64,000 nt of DNA from Candidatus Margulisiibacteriota bacterium (lineage in GTDB: Bacteria > Margulisbacteria > WOR-1 > O2-12-FULL-45-9). A model generated the notes under the pieces. That model was not told where the DNA came from. It did not search any database and saw nothing but the letters and a program-made list of their open reading frames with translations. A program made the translations under genes and the position numbers. Shown here piece after piece: positions 1 through 9,015 of this stretch (its first letter is position 1; every line of letters starts with the position of its first letter). Where the stretch lies: contig JAYEOW010000040.1 of the NCBI GenBank assembly GCA_034723395.1, positions 8,424-72,423 of the forward strand, written 5' to 3'.

Positions 1-471
1 GCATCCCTGCGAACAGTAATTAGATAATTCGATGATCCCGTGCACGCAGCAGGAATTGCTAAGGTGTTTTTGGCGAAGGAAGTTAGCCGATTTGTACAAA
101 AGCTCGAGCTCTTTATCTTTTTCGAGGTTTAGCAGGTAGAGAAGTTCCGCATCCTTCAACGGCAGGTCTTCCAATGCTTTGTCCAGGATAAGCGATAACT
201 TTTTATCGGCTCCGCTCTTCTCAACATCAATGCGAGAGAGACGGAGGTCGAGCTCCTGCAGTTCAAAGAAGGTCTCTTTCCAGGTGGTGAGGATGGATAT
301 CGCTTCAGTTTGGGGGATGTTTTTTATTGCATAGCCCCCCTGGGCATAGATATAGTCGCCTACTTTAAGGTCGTCCAGCTCATTGATAGCCTGCTTGGTC
401 TCTCCAAAATAGGTGAGGGTGATGATCTTCCCGTCGATTTTTTCGACCTTTCCCGGGATGGCGTAACACAT
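1..471 (-). CDS. HypC-like domain fused to a HydE/BioB-type radical SAM domain (runs off the window edge)
   Basis: Hand translation from ATG 471: MCYAIPGKV...GDYIYAQGGYAI (HypC-like), continuing without a stop into ...CCVHGIIELSNYCSQGC (start of CxxxCxxC in a HydE/BioB-like context). Not in the ORF track. Confidence 0.8.
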   Translation of the reverse strand, partial: MCYAIPGKVEKIDGKIITLTYFGETKQAINELDDLKVGDYIYAQGGYAIKNIPQTEAISILTTWKETFFELQELDLRLSRIDVEKSGADKKLSLILDKALEDLPLKDAELLYLLNLEKDKELELLYKSANFLRQKHLSNSCCVHGIIELSNYCSQGC

Positions 472-473
472 AA

Positions 474-716
474 TTATTCACAGTCGAAAGATACCAGTCT
501 AAGCTCCCTGGCATCGCTATTTTCGATCTCAACTTCTGCTCCTTCGACAATCGTCCCTTTTGTCTTTTCCTTAAAAAAGTGAAGTAAGATCTCGGGATTG
601 ATTTCTGTATATTTGCCCATTTTTATATAGACCTTACATATCTTTTTGGCATTATTTTCCTCGCCACGTTTAATAATATCTCCCAAAAGATCTTTTAACA
701 GGTGCATTTCATGCAT
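474..716 (-). CDS. hypA: Hydrogenase nickel chaperone HypA, short form without zinc finger
   Basis: N-terminal MHE motif, GT..EGA.VEIE and C-terminal ELRLVSFDCE; hydrogenase operon context. Confidence 0.85.
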   Translation of the reverse strand: MHEMHLLKDLLGDIIKRGEENNAKKICKVYIKMGKYTEINPEILLHFFKEKTKGTIVEGAEVEIENSDARELRLVSFDCE

Positions 717-1168
717 TTTAACAACTCCTCCGCGGCAACCTTAACCTCACCGCTCATTTTTTCTCCAAGTGCAATATTTTTGGATTGAACTCCAATAAAT
801 AAAACTTTCGATCCGGTGTCATCGGCAATGATCTTGCTGATAACTCTTAGCGGAAAGGCGTGAGTGCTTAAGGTGCTATCAGGGATCGCTTCTTCCGGGA
901 TTATTCTTACTTCTCCAGCCGCCCCTCCAAAATCGGCCGCGTCGATAATAACCGTTTTTGCCGGTTTATAATCAACCGCCTTATCAACAACATTTTCCGG
1001 TTTATCTCCCGCATCTAAGAGAAGATAGCCATTACCGGTTTGTTTGAATTTGCCAGCGATATAAGGACCGAGTCCATCATCAGAGCGCAGGGAGTTTCCC
1101 ACGGTGATGATGAGCGTAATTCCTGCTTTAGACGCTTTAAGGGCCTCTTTTACTTCAGAGGTTAACAA
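695..1168 (-). CDS. Hydrogenase maturation endopeptidase (HycI/HyaD family)
   Basis: GNSLRSDDGLG, IIDAADFG, STH motifs; follows the large subunit. Confidence 0.92.
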   Translation of the reverse strand: MLTSEVKEALKASKAGITLIITVGNSLRSDDGLGPYIAGKFKQTGNGYLLLDAGDKPENVVDKAVDYKPAKTVIIDAADFGGAAGEVRIIPEEAIPDSTLSTHAFPLRVISKIIADDTGSKVLFIGVQSKNIALGEKMSGEVKVAAEELLKCMKCTC

Positions 1169-2492
1169 ACTTCACGTCCAGGAAATGCGCGGAACAGGAG
1201 ATACAGGGATCATAAGCCCTGACCAGCATCTCAAGGGCCAAGGTTATCTCTTCATCGCTTTTATCTAGAATTTCCGGTACCAGCTTTTTCATATCGTGTT
1301 CGATATTGTTAACATTTTGATTGGTGGGAATAACGCAATTGGCTTTTTGGATGATCCCTTTTTCGTCAACTTCGTAGTTGTGGAATAATATTCCACGCGG
1401 AACTTCTACGGCGCCAACGCCATTGCCGGGCTTGACCGGAATGGTCCCTTTTTCGTTTAATCCGACAATTACTGTCTCATCCCGATTGATCCCGTTTTTC
1501 TTAAGATCTTCCATGATCTGGATCGAATCTTCAAGCGAATGGACGCATTCGACCAGTTGGGCGGCGGTGTTTAAATATGGATTGATACATTTTGGTTTTA
1601 AGCCGACCGCATCGGCGACCGCCTTGGCCTTTGGATGTAGTTTACCGGCATTCAAGTTAAATCGAGCCAGGGCCCCGACCGCGTAAGAGTCGCGGCTCAG
1701 CTTGGCATGCTTTGCCGAAGAGTGGGGGACGACGAATTCATTGGTGATCTTCTTGTAATCTTTTTTGTTCATCCTTACCCCGTCAGTCGATCCTACTTCC
1801 CCGCTAAGCATCGGATATTCGGCGTCGTCGCTTACCAGCCCGACATATTCGGTATCCCTTTCAAATTCGGGGAACTTTAAGGTTGCCGCAAGCTCAACCG
1901 TGGCTTCCATATCCGGGCGCATATTGTAAAGAATGTTCAGCATGGCGTCCAGATCTTTTTCTTTAGGAAGCTTGGTGAATCCCCCTACAATCGAGGAGAT
2001 CGGGTGGACATGCCGGCCGACCAGGAGATCACAGACATCATTGCTGGCCTTTTTCATCCTAAGGGCGCGGCGGACAACTTTATTGTGCGTATCAATCAGC
2101 GGAACAAAGCTTTTTACCCCCAAAAGATCGGGAGCGACCAGTAAATATATATGCAGGAGGTGGCTGTCTAGGTTTTCCATGTGCAGCAGGAATTTTCGCA
2201 GCTTGATCGTCTGCTCCGACGGAGTAAAACCGATCGCATCTTCCGCCGCCTGGATGGAGGCCAAAGTGTGGCCGCAGGAGCATATCCCGCAGATCCGGCA
2301 AGTGATGTGCTGGGCCTCAAAGATCGAACGCCCCTGGAGCATCCCCTCAAAAAATCGGGGAGCTTCGACGATCTGCAGCTGGCAGGTCTTTAATTCACCG
2401 TTCTTAACGTCGACAACAATATTTCCGTGGCCTTCGACCCGGGTCAAATATTCAACATTTACACATACATTTCTTTTACTCATGATTGTCAT
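1155..2492 (-). CDS. NiFe hydrogenase large subunit (group 3b-like)
   Basis: TRVEGHG, L1 RICGIC, L2 DPCISCSAH followed by a cleavable C-terminal extension. Confidence 0.96.
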   Translation of the reverse strand: MTIMSKRNVCVNVEYLTRVEGHGNIVVDVKNGELKTCQLQIVEAPRFFEGMLQGRSIFEAQHITCRICGICSCGHTLASIQAAEDAIGFTPSEQTIKLRKFLLHMENLDSHLLHIYLLVAPDLLGVKSFVPLIDTHNKVVRRALRMKKASNDVCDLLVGRHVHPISSIVGGFTKLPKEKDLDAMLNILYNMRPDMEATVELAATLKFPEFERDTEYVGLVSDDAEYPMLSGEVGSTDGVRMNKKDYKKITNEFVVPHSSAKHAKLSRDSYAVGALARFNLNAGKLHPKAKAVADAVGLKPKCINPYLNTAAQLVECVHSLEDSIQIMEDLKKNGINRDETVIVGLNEKGTIPVKPGNGVGAVEVPRGILFHNYEVDEKGIIQKANCVIPTNQNVNNIEHDMKKLVPEILDKSDEEITLALEMLVRAYDPCISCSAHFLDVKFVNL

Positions 2493-3225
2493 TTTCCCTG
2501 CATTTGTTATACATATTCATCTTGTTTTTGATCAGGTCCATCGGGATTTTATATTTTTTGATCACATCGATCGCGCCATTTTCATTTGGATTGCTTACCA
2601 TCCCCCGGCATCCATAGCAGATATTGCCATTATTAATACACCAGGAGTTGCAGCCGGCGCGCGTGATCGGCCCCAAACAGGTGATCCCCTTTTGGTAGAG
2701 GCAGACGTTTTCATTTAATTTGCATTCAACGCAGACCGAATAATCAGGGACATCATAAGGGAGGCCGGCGAGGGCGGCCTTTAGTACTTTAACAAATTCC
2801 GGGATATAGACCGGGCAGCCGTGTACCAGGTAATCAACTTTTACCACCTGGGGGACCGAGCGGGTCTCGATTGTTTCGAAAAATTTAGCGTCTTTTCCGT
2901 ACACCTCTTTACGGATATCACCCAGTTTAAAATTATTCTTCATCCCGTTGACCCCGCCGATGGTAGCGCAGGAGCCGTAGGCGATTAGGACCTTTGATCT
3001 TTCGCGGATTTTCTTAATCCGTTCGATGGCATGCGGAGTAGTTATGCTTCCCTCGACAACGGCCACATCAAAATCCTGGTCCCATTTTTCGCTCATTACT
3101 TCACGAAACTCAACCACGTCGATCGCACCTAAAACGTCAAGGAGCAGCTTTCCCATGTTGGCGACCTGCAGCTGGCATCCCTCGCAGCAGGCGAAATCAA
3201 AAAATGCTACTTTGGGTTTTCCCAT
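2476..3225 (-). CDS. NiFe hydrogenase small (delta) subunit
   Basis: CCEGC, GSCA, GCP, CLGP and CYGCRG cysteine motifs. Confidence 0.95.
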   Translation of the reverse strand: MGKPKVAFFDFACCEGCQLQVANMGKLLLDVLGAIDVVEFREVMSEKWDQDFDVAVVEGSITTPHAIERIKKIRERSKVLIAYGSCATIGGVNGMKNNFKLGDIRKEVYGKDAKFFETIETRSVPQVVKVDYLVHGCPVYIPEFVKVLKAALAGLPYDVPDYSVCVECKLNENVCLYQKGITCLGPITRAGCNSWCINNGNICYGCRGMVSNPNENGAIDVIKKYKIPMDLIKNKMNMYNKCRENDNHE

Positions 3226-3227
3226 CT

Positions 3228-4064
3228 TTATAAGGCCTCTTTTATATCTTTGATTTTATCGTAGCTAAAAACCGGCCCGTCCTGGCAGCAATAAACATTG
3301 CCGATCTGGCAGTGTCCGCACTTGCCCAGGCCGCATTTCATATGGCGTTCAAGCGATACCAGAATTTGTCGTTCCGGGATCTCTTTTTTGAGCAGTTCCG
3401 CTATCACGAACTTGTACATGACCGGAGGGCCGACAACAACGGCAAAGGTCCTTTCCGGTTCCAGGGTGATGCCGGGAATAAGAGACGTGATCAAGCCGAC
3501 ATTGCCTTTCCAGTCCGGGTCAGCCTGGTCGACAGTGCAGTTGAGTTTTACGTCCAAGCGCTTGTTCCAGTCGTCGACTTCATCATTGAAGAGCATATTC
3601 TGCGGGGTCTTGCAGCCCAGCAGTATGTCCACCTTGCCGAAATCCCGGCGGTTATCTATCACATAATTGATAAGCGAGCGCAGCGGCACAAGTCCAAGCC
3701 CCGCCGCCACAAAAAGCAGGTCATTGCCTTCGAGGATCCTGACCGGGAAACCCTTGCCAAACGGGCCGCGAATGCCAACTTCATCACCAGCCTCCAGTTT
3801 ATGCAGGGCGCCGGTAAATTTACCGGTATTTCTAACAACTAGCTCAAAAGAACCACGCTTAGTGGGGGAGGAGGAAACGGAGATAGGAGCTTCACCCACA
3901 CCTAACAAAGAAACCTCAACGAACTGGCCTGGCTCATGGTCCAGGCTTTCGCCTCCAGGCAGCTCGATCTCAAAGTACTTTTCCGTCTCGGTCATCTGTT
4001 TGGTGCGCAGGACCTTGCTTTTTTTTATCTCGTATTCTGAGTCTTTCAGTTCAATCTGTTCCAT
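3228..4064 (-). CDS. Hydrogenase/sulfhydrogenase gamma subunit (FAD/NAD(P)-binding, 2Fe-2S)
   Basis: PGQF, RGPFGKGF, ERHMKCGLGKCGHC, CQDGPVF. Confidence 0.93.
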   Translation of the reverse strand: MEQIELKDSEYEIKKSKVLRTKQMTETEKYFEIELPGGESLDHEPGQFVEVSLLGVGEAPISVSSSPTKRGSFELVVRNTGKFTGALHKLEAGDEVGIRGPFGKGFPVRILEGNDLLFVAAGLGLVPLRSLINYVIDNRRDFGKVDILLGCKTPQNMLFNDEVDDWNKRLDVKLNCTVDQADPDWKGNVGLITSLIPGITLEPERTFAVVVGPPVMYKFVIAELLKKEIPERQILVSLERHMKCGLGKCGHCQIGNVYCCQDGPVFSYDKIKDIKEAL

Positions 4065-4065
4065 T

Positions 4066-5127
4066 TTAACCTCTTCCTGCTTTGGTGTCTTTAATATCTT
4101 GTTCTTCGACCAGTTGGGTCAGCGTTTCTTTTAGGTTGATCTCAGCCATACAGGTCCGGCTGCAGCGGCCGCAGCCCGTGCAGAATAATCTTGAAAACTT
4201 TTCCATAGGGTATTTAAATTTTCTGTAATAGCGGTGGCGTTGACGGGCGGCGCGTTCTTCGCGAAAACTTTCGCCTCCAGCGACCTTGGCAAAGCCTTCG
4301 TTCTGGCAGGAATCCCAGCGTCGGTAGCGTTTACCAGTCTTCAGGTCGAGGTTTGGCTCATCGACTACGTCAAAGCAGTAGCAGGTAGGGCAGACATTAG
4401 TGCAGTTGCCGCAGGCCAAACATTTTTCACCCAGTTGTTCCCAGACCTTGCTGTTATAGCTTTTATCGAACATTTCCGGGATCTTTTCGTGGACGACCGG
4501 CACCTCGTTGGCAAAGATCTTTCTTTTCTCTTCCCTGAGCGCGTCCAAAGCTTTTAGGTCGGGTGGAGTGGCTTCAGCAAAAAGTTTGCTTTTCTCGATT
4601 ATTGCGTCCCCGGCCTGAGTGTTAATATGGATAATATACTTGTCCCCGATATCGGTCATAAAGAGGTCGTAACCGCCGTTTGGCGTATGGTTGTGTACCA
4701 GGCGGCAGCTGGCAAATTCATCGCAATAATCATTGCATTCATAGCCAACGATGGTGATCTTGTTCTTGCGAATCAGATAGTTAATGTCTTTGGGGCGCTC
4801 AGAGAAAACCATATTCAAGCATTGGATGCCGGCCAGATCACAAGTATGGACGCCGAACAGCACCATTTCTTCGCATTCCACCACCGGCTGCATATCTTGT
4901 CCTTTGCTGGTATCAAAGGTGGCCAGAGTCTCGAATTGCGGTATAAAATATTTCTTAGGCGGCAGGATGGTGGGGATGTGATCAATCGAGACCTGTTCGC
5001 CTGAGGTCACGTCTTCAAAAGCGAATTTATTGCTACCTTTGGCGACCGGGGCAACTACCCGCTGTCCTTTGGCCAGTTCGGTGATGAACTTATCCAGGTC
5101 TGTTTTTTTTATCGTTACGTATTGCAT
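4066..5127 (-). CDS. Hydrogenase/sulfhydrogenase beta subunit (4Fe-4S dicluster)
   Basis: CLACGNCTNVCPTCYC and CTGCGRCSRTC; ATG 5127 chosen, TTG 5145 is an alternative start. Confidence 0.93.
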   Translation of the reverse strand: MQYVTIKKTDLDKFITELAKGQRVVAPVAKGSNKFAFEDVTSGEQVSIDHIPTILPPKKYFIPQFETLATFDTSKGQDMQPVVECEEMVLFGVHTCDLAGIQCLNMVFSERPKDINYLIRKNKITIVGYECNDYCDEFASCRLVHNHTPNGGYDLFMTDIGDKYIIHINTQAGDAIIEKSKLFAEATPPDLKALDALREEKRKIFANEVPVVHEKIPEMFDKSYNSKVWEQLGEKCLACGNCTNVCPTCYCFDVVDEPNLDLKTGKRYRRWDSCQNEGFAKVAGGESFREERAARQRHRYYRKFKYPMEKFSRLFCTGCGRCSRTCMAEINLKETLTQLVEEQDIKDTKAGRG

Positions 5128-5134
5128 AAAGGAT

Positions 5135-5152
5135 TTGTGAAACAAATCACAA
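5135..5152. promoter_or_regulatory. Rex operator of the hydrogenase operon
   Basis: TTGTGA-AACAAA-TCACAA, close to Rex consensus TTGTGAA-N4-TTCACAA; rex gene adjacent. Confidence 0.88.
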
Positions 5153-5160
5153 GCTCCGGT

Positions 5161-5189
5161 ATACTACCCGAAAAAAAAGGGCTTGTCAA
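5161..5189 (-). promoter_or_regulatory. Sigma70-type promoter of the hydrogenase operon
   Basis: TTGACA (5189-5184), 17-bp spacer, TAGTAT (5166-5161). Confidence 0.8.
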
Positions 5190-5227
5190 GCCCCGAACCT
5201 AAATAACATATGGTCCGTGGCAGGAGA

Positions 5228-5845
5228 TTATTTAATAAAAAACGATAGGGTTTTAAGTTCCATGGCGAGATCAATATTATTTACCTTAACCTTCTTGGAA
5301 AGGGATAGTTTTACCGGAGCAAAATTTAAAATAGCTTTTATTCCGCATCCATCTAAATGGCGGGCAGTTTCTTGGGCTGATTCGGTGGGAACGGTGAGGA
5401 TGGCGATCTCGATCCCGTTGTTCCTGATCTGATCAGAGAGTGCTTTAATAGGATGACAGATAAAACCTTTAATTTTTCGTCCGATCTTCCTGGAATCATT
5501 ATCAAATACTGCTATGATTTGGAAGCCAAGAGCTTGAAAACCCTTGTAGGCGGCGAGGGCAGAACCGAGATTTCCCATCCCGATAATACAGGCCTTCTTT
5601 TCATCTTCGATCCCGAGGATTTCGGCGATTTTGTTGCGCAGTCCAAGAACATCATAGCCGGACCCTCGTTTACCCAATTTACCAAAATAGGAGAGATCTT
5701 TTCTTACCTGCGAGTCACGTATCTCCATCAGGTCAGCCAGGCTTTTTGAGGAAATATTTTTGGTTCCCTGCTGGACAAGGAAATAGAGATAGCGGTAATA
5801 AAGCAATAGCCGTTGGATTGTCTTTTTTGGTATTTTTCTTTTCAT
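5228..5845 (-). CDS. rex: Redox-sensing transcriptional repressor Rex
   Basis: RL..YYR, QVRKDLSYFG..G..G.GY, GMGNLG Rossmann motif, ILNFAP. Confidence 0.97.
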   Translation of the reverse strand: MKRKIPKKTIQRLLLYYRYLYFLVQQGTKNISSKSLADLMEIRDSQVRKDLSYFGKLGKRGSGYDVLGLRNKIAEILGIEDEKKACIIGMGNLGSALAAYKGFQALGFQIIAVFDNDSRKIGRKIKGFICHPIKALSDQIRNNGIEIAILTVPTESAQETARHLDGCGIKAILNFAPVKLSLSKKVKVNNIDLAMELKTLSFFIK

Positions 5846-5848
5846 AGA

Positions 5849-5866
5849 ATGTGAATTATTTCACAA
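5849..5866. promoter_or_regulatory. Rex operator upstream of rex (autoregulation)
   Basis: ATGTGA-ATTATT-TCACAA, overlapping the -10 of a minus-strand TTGACA(5883-5878)-17-AATAAT promoter. Confidence 0.85.
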
Positions 5867-5956
5867 GCTATAATATTTGTCAACCCTGAACCTGTGTGAG
5901 CATAGTTCAGGGTCAAGGTTGAATTATGCTTTGCGCATCTGGTAGAATAAGGCACT

Positions 5957-6154
5957 ATGGCCGAAAAAAGACTTTTTAAAGAGATGACCATTGCGGAGGC
6001 AATAAAGCTTAAGCCCGAGATCGCGCCGATCTTGATGTCAAAGGGGATGCACTGTCTGGGCTGTGTTATAGCCCACGGGGAGACGATTGGCCAGGCGGCG
6101 GCGGTCCATGGGTTTAATGCTGAAGAATTGCTTGATGAGCTGAATAAAGTTTGA
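5957..6154 (+). CDS. DUF1858-family small protein
   Basis: MTIAE...P....L...GMHCLGC....ETI.QAA.VHG pattern. Confidence 0.85.
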   Translation: MAEKRLFKEMTIAEAIKLKPEIAPILMSKGMHCLGCVIAHGETIGQAAAVHGFNAEELLDELNKV

Positions 6155-6175
6155 GGAAAAAGGGAAAGGATAATT

Positions 6176-6409
6176 ATGGTAAACATTAGAGTTTATTCGA
6201 CTCCAACTTGTCCTTACTGTAAAATGGCAAGACAATTTTTAGGGGAAAATAGTATAGTTTTTGAGGATGTTGATGTTTCCTCTAACCAAACGGCTGCTCA
6301 AGAAATGGTCAATAAATCGAGACAGATGGGTGTGCCGGTTATCGATATCGATGACCAGATAGTAGTTGGTTTTGATAAAGGTAAAATCAGACAATTAATT
6401 GGCATCTAA
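6176..6409 (+). CDS. Glutaredoxin-like protein (NrdH/YruB family)
   Basis: YSTPTCPYC, GVPVI, VGFD. Confidence 0.92.
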   Translation: MVNIRVYSTPTCPYCKMARQFLGENSIVFEDVDVSSNQTAAQEMVNKSRQMGVPVIDIDDQIVVGFDKGKIRQLIGI

Positions 6410-6428
6410 GGCTAAGGAGGGGTATTAA

Positions 6429-6605
6429 ATGGCAGTGTCAGTAGACCAAGCTTTATGTACTGGTTGCGGAGTATGTGTTGACCTTTGTCCGGAGGTTTTT
6501 GCCTGGGGGTCAGAGGGTAAGGCAACCGCAGTAAAACAAGAAGCTGAAACGTGCAACATAGAAGAAATTGCTAACCAGTGCCCGGCAGAAGCGATCAACC
6601 TTTAA
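6429..6605 (+). CDS. Monocluster ferredoxin (58 aa)
   Basis: Hand translation MAVSVDQALCTGCGVCVDLCPEVF...CPAEAINL; SD AAGGAGG; below the ORF-track cutoff. Confidence 0.92.
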   Translation: MAVSVDQALCTGCGVCVDLCPEVFAWGSEGKATAVKQEAETCNIEEIANQCPAEAINL

Positions 6606-6633
6606 TTTGCGGAGAAAGGAAAATTAAACCCAA

Positions 6634-7962
6634 ATGAGACTTGCCAAGAAGTTGGAATATAGCTTTGGCGCAATAGCTACCGCGCTCTCTTATCAAGCCT
6701 TTTCAACCTATATAATTTTCTTTTATGTTGACGTAGTAAAGCTTCCCGCCTCGTTAGCGGCGGTCGCAATGCTGATCTACGCGATCTGGAATGCGATCAA
6801 TGATCCGATCGCTGGATTTGTGTCAGACCATACTCATACCCGCTGGGGGAGGAGGATCCCCTACATTCTGTTCGGCGCAATTCCCTTTGGTCTGATCTAT
6901 TTTCTGGTCTGGACACCACCTTTTACCGATTTTAATCAGGTCTTTTGGCTTTTTCTCTACTTTTTAGGGTTCATCTGCCTATTTGATACTTTTTATACAG
7001 TTACCATTCTCAACTGGGCCTCGCTTTATCCAGAGATGTTCCCGACCCTGGAGGAGCGTTCCGAGGTCAATGCCTACCGGCAGAGTTTCGGGATGCTGGG
7101 ATTGATTTTGGGGATTGCGGGCCCACCATTGATTTATGGGTCGTTGGGGTGGGGTTGGATGGGGGCGATCTTCGGAATAATAATTTCGTTGGCTTTATTG
7201 GTCGCGCTGCGCGGGTGTTTCGAGCATAAGCAATTCTGCCAGGAAAAACAGATCCCGCTGTTAAAATCTTTTAAAGCGACCTTAAAGAACCGCTCGTTCC
7301 TGACCTTTGTCTTTGCCAATTTATTCGTCCAATATGCCTTTACAATTATTCTGGCCAGCATCCCTTTCTTTGCAAAGTATGTGTTGAACGAGGGGGCCAC
7401 CGGAACGGCGGCGATATTGGCGGCAGCGTTTTTAACCGCAATCCCCATGCTTTATGTTTGGGAAAAGCTGACGATCAGGTTTGGCGCTAAGCGGTGCTTT
7501 ATGGCAACGATGATCATCTTAGCGGTCTTATTGGTCCCTCTATTTTTTGTCGAAACATTTATGGCGGCCTTGATTAGCTCTGCCTTGATCGGGATCGGGC
7601 TTGCCGGATTTATCCTTATTGTCGACATCATCCTCGCGGATATTATAGATGAGGATGAAACAAATACCGGAACGCGGCGTGAAGGGATGTATTTTGGGGC
7701 GAATGCCTTTATCACCCGTTTTGCTATCGGACTAGAGGCATTTAGCATGGGGATTGTTTTTGTCCTTGCCCAATATAACCCGTATATATTTACCCAAACC
7801 AGGGAGTTTTTGTCCGGATTAAGATTGCTGATTGCCGGCTTCCCGATTGTAGCATTGCTGCTGGCGTTTCTGATCATGTGGTTTTATCCGCTTTCCGGAA
7901 AAAGATTAGAAGAGCTTAGGGGAAAAGTAAAAAAAATCCATGTTAAGAAAGGGGTGATTTAG
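6634..7962 (+). CDS. MFS transporter, GPH (MelB-like) symporter family
   Basis: WNAINDP..G..SD.T.TRWGRR.PY, RREGMYFG; about 12 hydrophobic segments. Confidence 0.9.
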   Translation: MRLAKKLEYSFGAIATALSYQAFSTYIIFFYVDVVKLPASLAAVAMLIYAIWNAINDPIAGFVSDHTHTRWGRRIPYILFGAIPFGLIYFLVWTPPFTDFNQVFWLFLYFLGFICLFDTFYTVTILNWASLYPEMFPTLEERSEVNAYRQSFGMLGLILGIAGPPLIYGSLGWGWMGAIFGIIISLALLVALRGCFEHKQFCQEKQIPLLKSFKATLKNRSFLTFVFANLFVQYAFTIILASIPFFAKYVLNEGATGTAAILAAAFLTAIPMLYVWEKLTIRFGAKRCFMATMIILAVLLVPLFFVETFMAALISSALIGIGLAGFILIVDIILADIIDEDETNTGTRREGMYFGANAFITRFAIGLEAFSMGIVFVLAQYNPYIFTQTREFLSGLRLLIAGFPIVALLLAFLIMWFYPLSGKRLEELRGKVKKIHVKKGVI

Positions 7963-8151
7963 ATGGCAGCAGGGCAAAAAGCAGAGATCGATGCGAATAC
8001 TTGTACAGGGTGCGGAATATGCGTTGACGCGTGTCCCCAGCAGGCGCTGGAAATGGTTGACGGAATAGCAAAGCTAACCAAGCCGGAAGCTTGTGACGGG
8101 TGTGCTAGTTGCGTTGAGGCATGTCCGGTCCAGGCAATTGTGATGAAGTAA
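7963..8151 (+). CDS. 2[4Fe-4S] ferredoxin
   Basis: Two CxxCxxCxxxCP motifs. Confidence 0.93.
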   Translation: MAAGQKAEIDANTCTGCGICVDACPQQALEMVDGIAKLTKPEACDGCASCVEACPVQAIVMK

Positions 8152-8235
8152 CGAATCCTTGGATTGGCTTGACATTCAGAAGGGCAAGTTGTTAGAATTG
8201 CAGCAGCTAATATAAGATAAGGGGAGGTGAATTAA

Positions 8236-8508
8236 GTGAACAAACAAGAACTCCGTAACGCAGTAGCTAAAAAGACCAAGATGTCTAAGGCCGCGGTATT
8301 AAATATAATGGATGCCTGTTTTGATGAGATCGAAAAATCTTTGAAAAAGGGTAAAAATGTTCGCCTGGTCGGGTTTGGCACCTGGAAGAAGATCAGAAGG
8401 AAGGCTCGTGCTGGGAGAAATCCTCAAACCGGCAAAAAACTAACAATTAAAGCAAGGAATGTCGCTAAATTTTCTATGGGGCAGCATCTCTTTGACCAGC
8501 TCAATTAA
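8236..8508 (+). CDS. hup: HU family DNA-binding protein
   Basis: MNKQEL, GFGTW, ARAGRNPQTG; SD GGAGGTGA; upstream TTGACA...TAGAAT. Confidence 0.95.
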   Translation: MNKQELRNAVAKKTKMSKAAVLNIMDACFDEIEKSLKKGKNVRLVGFGTWKKIRRKARAGRNPQTGKKLTIKARNVAKFSMGQHLFDQLN

Positions 8509-8515
8509 TTCCTAG

Positions 8516-8552
8516 CCCCTACCTGCCTGCAGGTAGGTAGGGGTTTTTCTTT
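8516..8552 (+). terminator. Intrinsic terminator after hup
   Basis: Hairpin CCCCTACCTGCCTGCAGGTAGGTAGGGG followed by a T tract. Confidence 0.75.
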
Positions 8553-8646
8553 GCCTCCAGCGTCGAAATCTCGACATTTTTGGATGAAATCCATTCGTAA
8601 ACCATTTTATTTAAGGTGGTAATAAGATTGCTGTTATTCCCACATC

Positions 8647-9015
8647 ATGGGACTGGAAAGCTACGAGCTAGGGAAAAAAGGGGAAGAGATAGCCGAAAAA
8701 TACCTGGTCAAGCAGGGATATCAAATCCTCGAACGTAATTTCCACTCTCGGCAGGGCGAAGTTGACATAATAGCCAAAGACAGAGATTTCCTCGTTTTTA
8801 TCGAAGTTAAAAGTTATTCCTACCGTAGTTATGGGTCTCCCGTTGGCGCAATTAGAAGAGCGAAAAAACAGAGCTTAATCCACGCGGCACAAACCTACCT
8901 CTATAAGAAAAATATCCAGGATACTTATTGTCGTTTTGATGTGATCGCAATCTACAAGAAATTTAATGGCGAACAATTGATCGAACATTATCGGGACGCG
9001 TTTTACATATGTTAG
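8647..9015 (+). CDS. yraN: YraN family nuclease
   Basis: G..GE..A..YL...GY.ILERN, GEVDIIA, FIEVK, RFDVI. Confidence 0.93.
   Translation: MGLESYELGKKGEEIAEKYLVKQGYQILERNFHSRQGEVDIIAKDRDFLVFIEVKSYSYRSYGSPVGAIRRAKKQSLIHAAQTYLYKKNIQDTYCRFDVIAIYKKFNGEQLIEHYRDAFYIC

Noticed and set aside
1378..5004. Plus-strand ORFs antisense to the hydrogenase genes, and similar shadow ORFs across the window
   Set aside because: They overlap well-supported genes and have no recognisable motifs.
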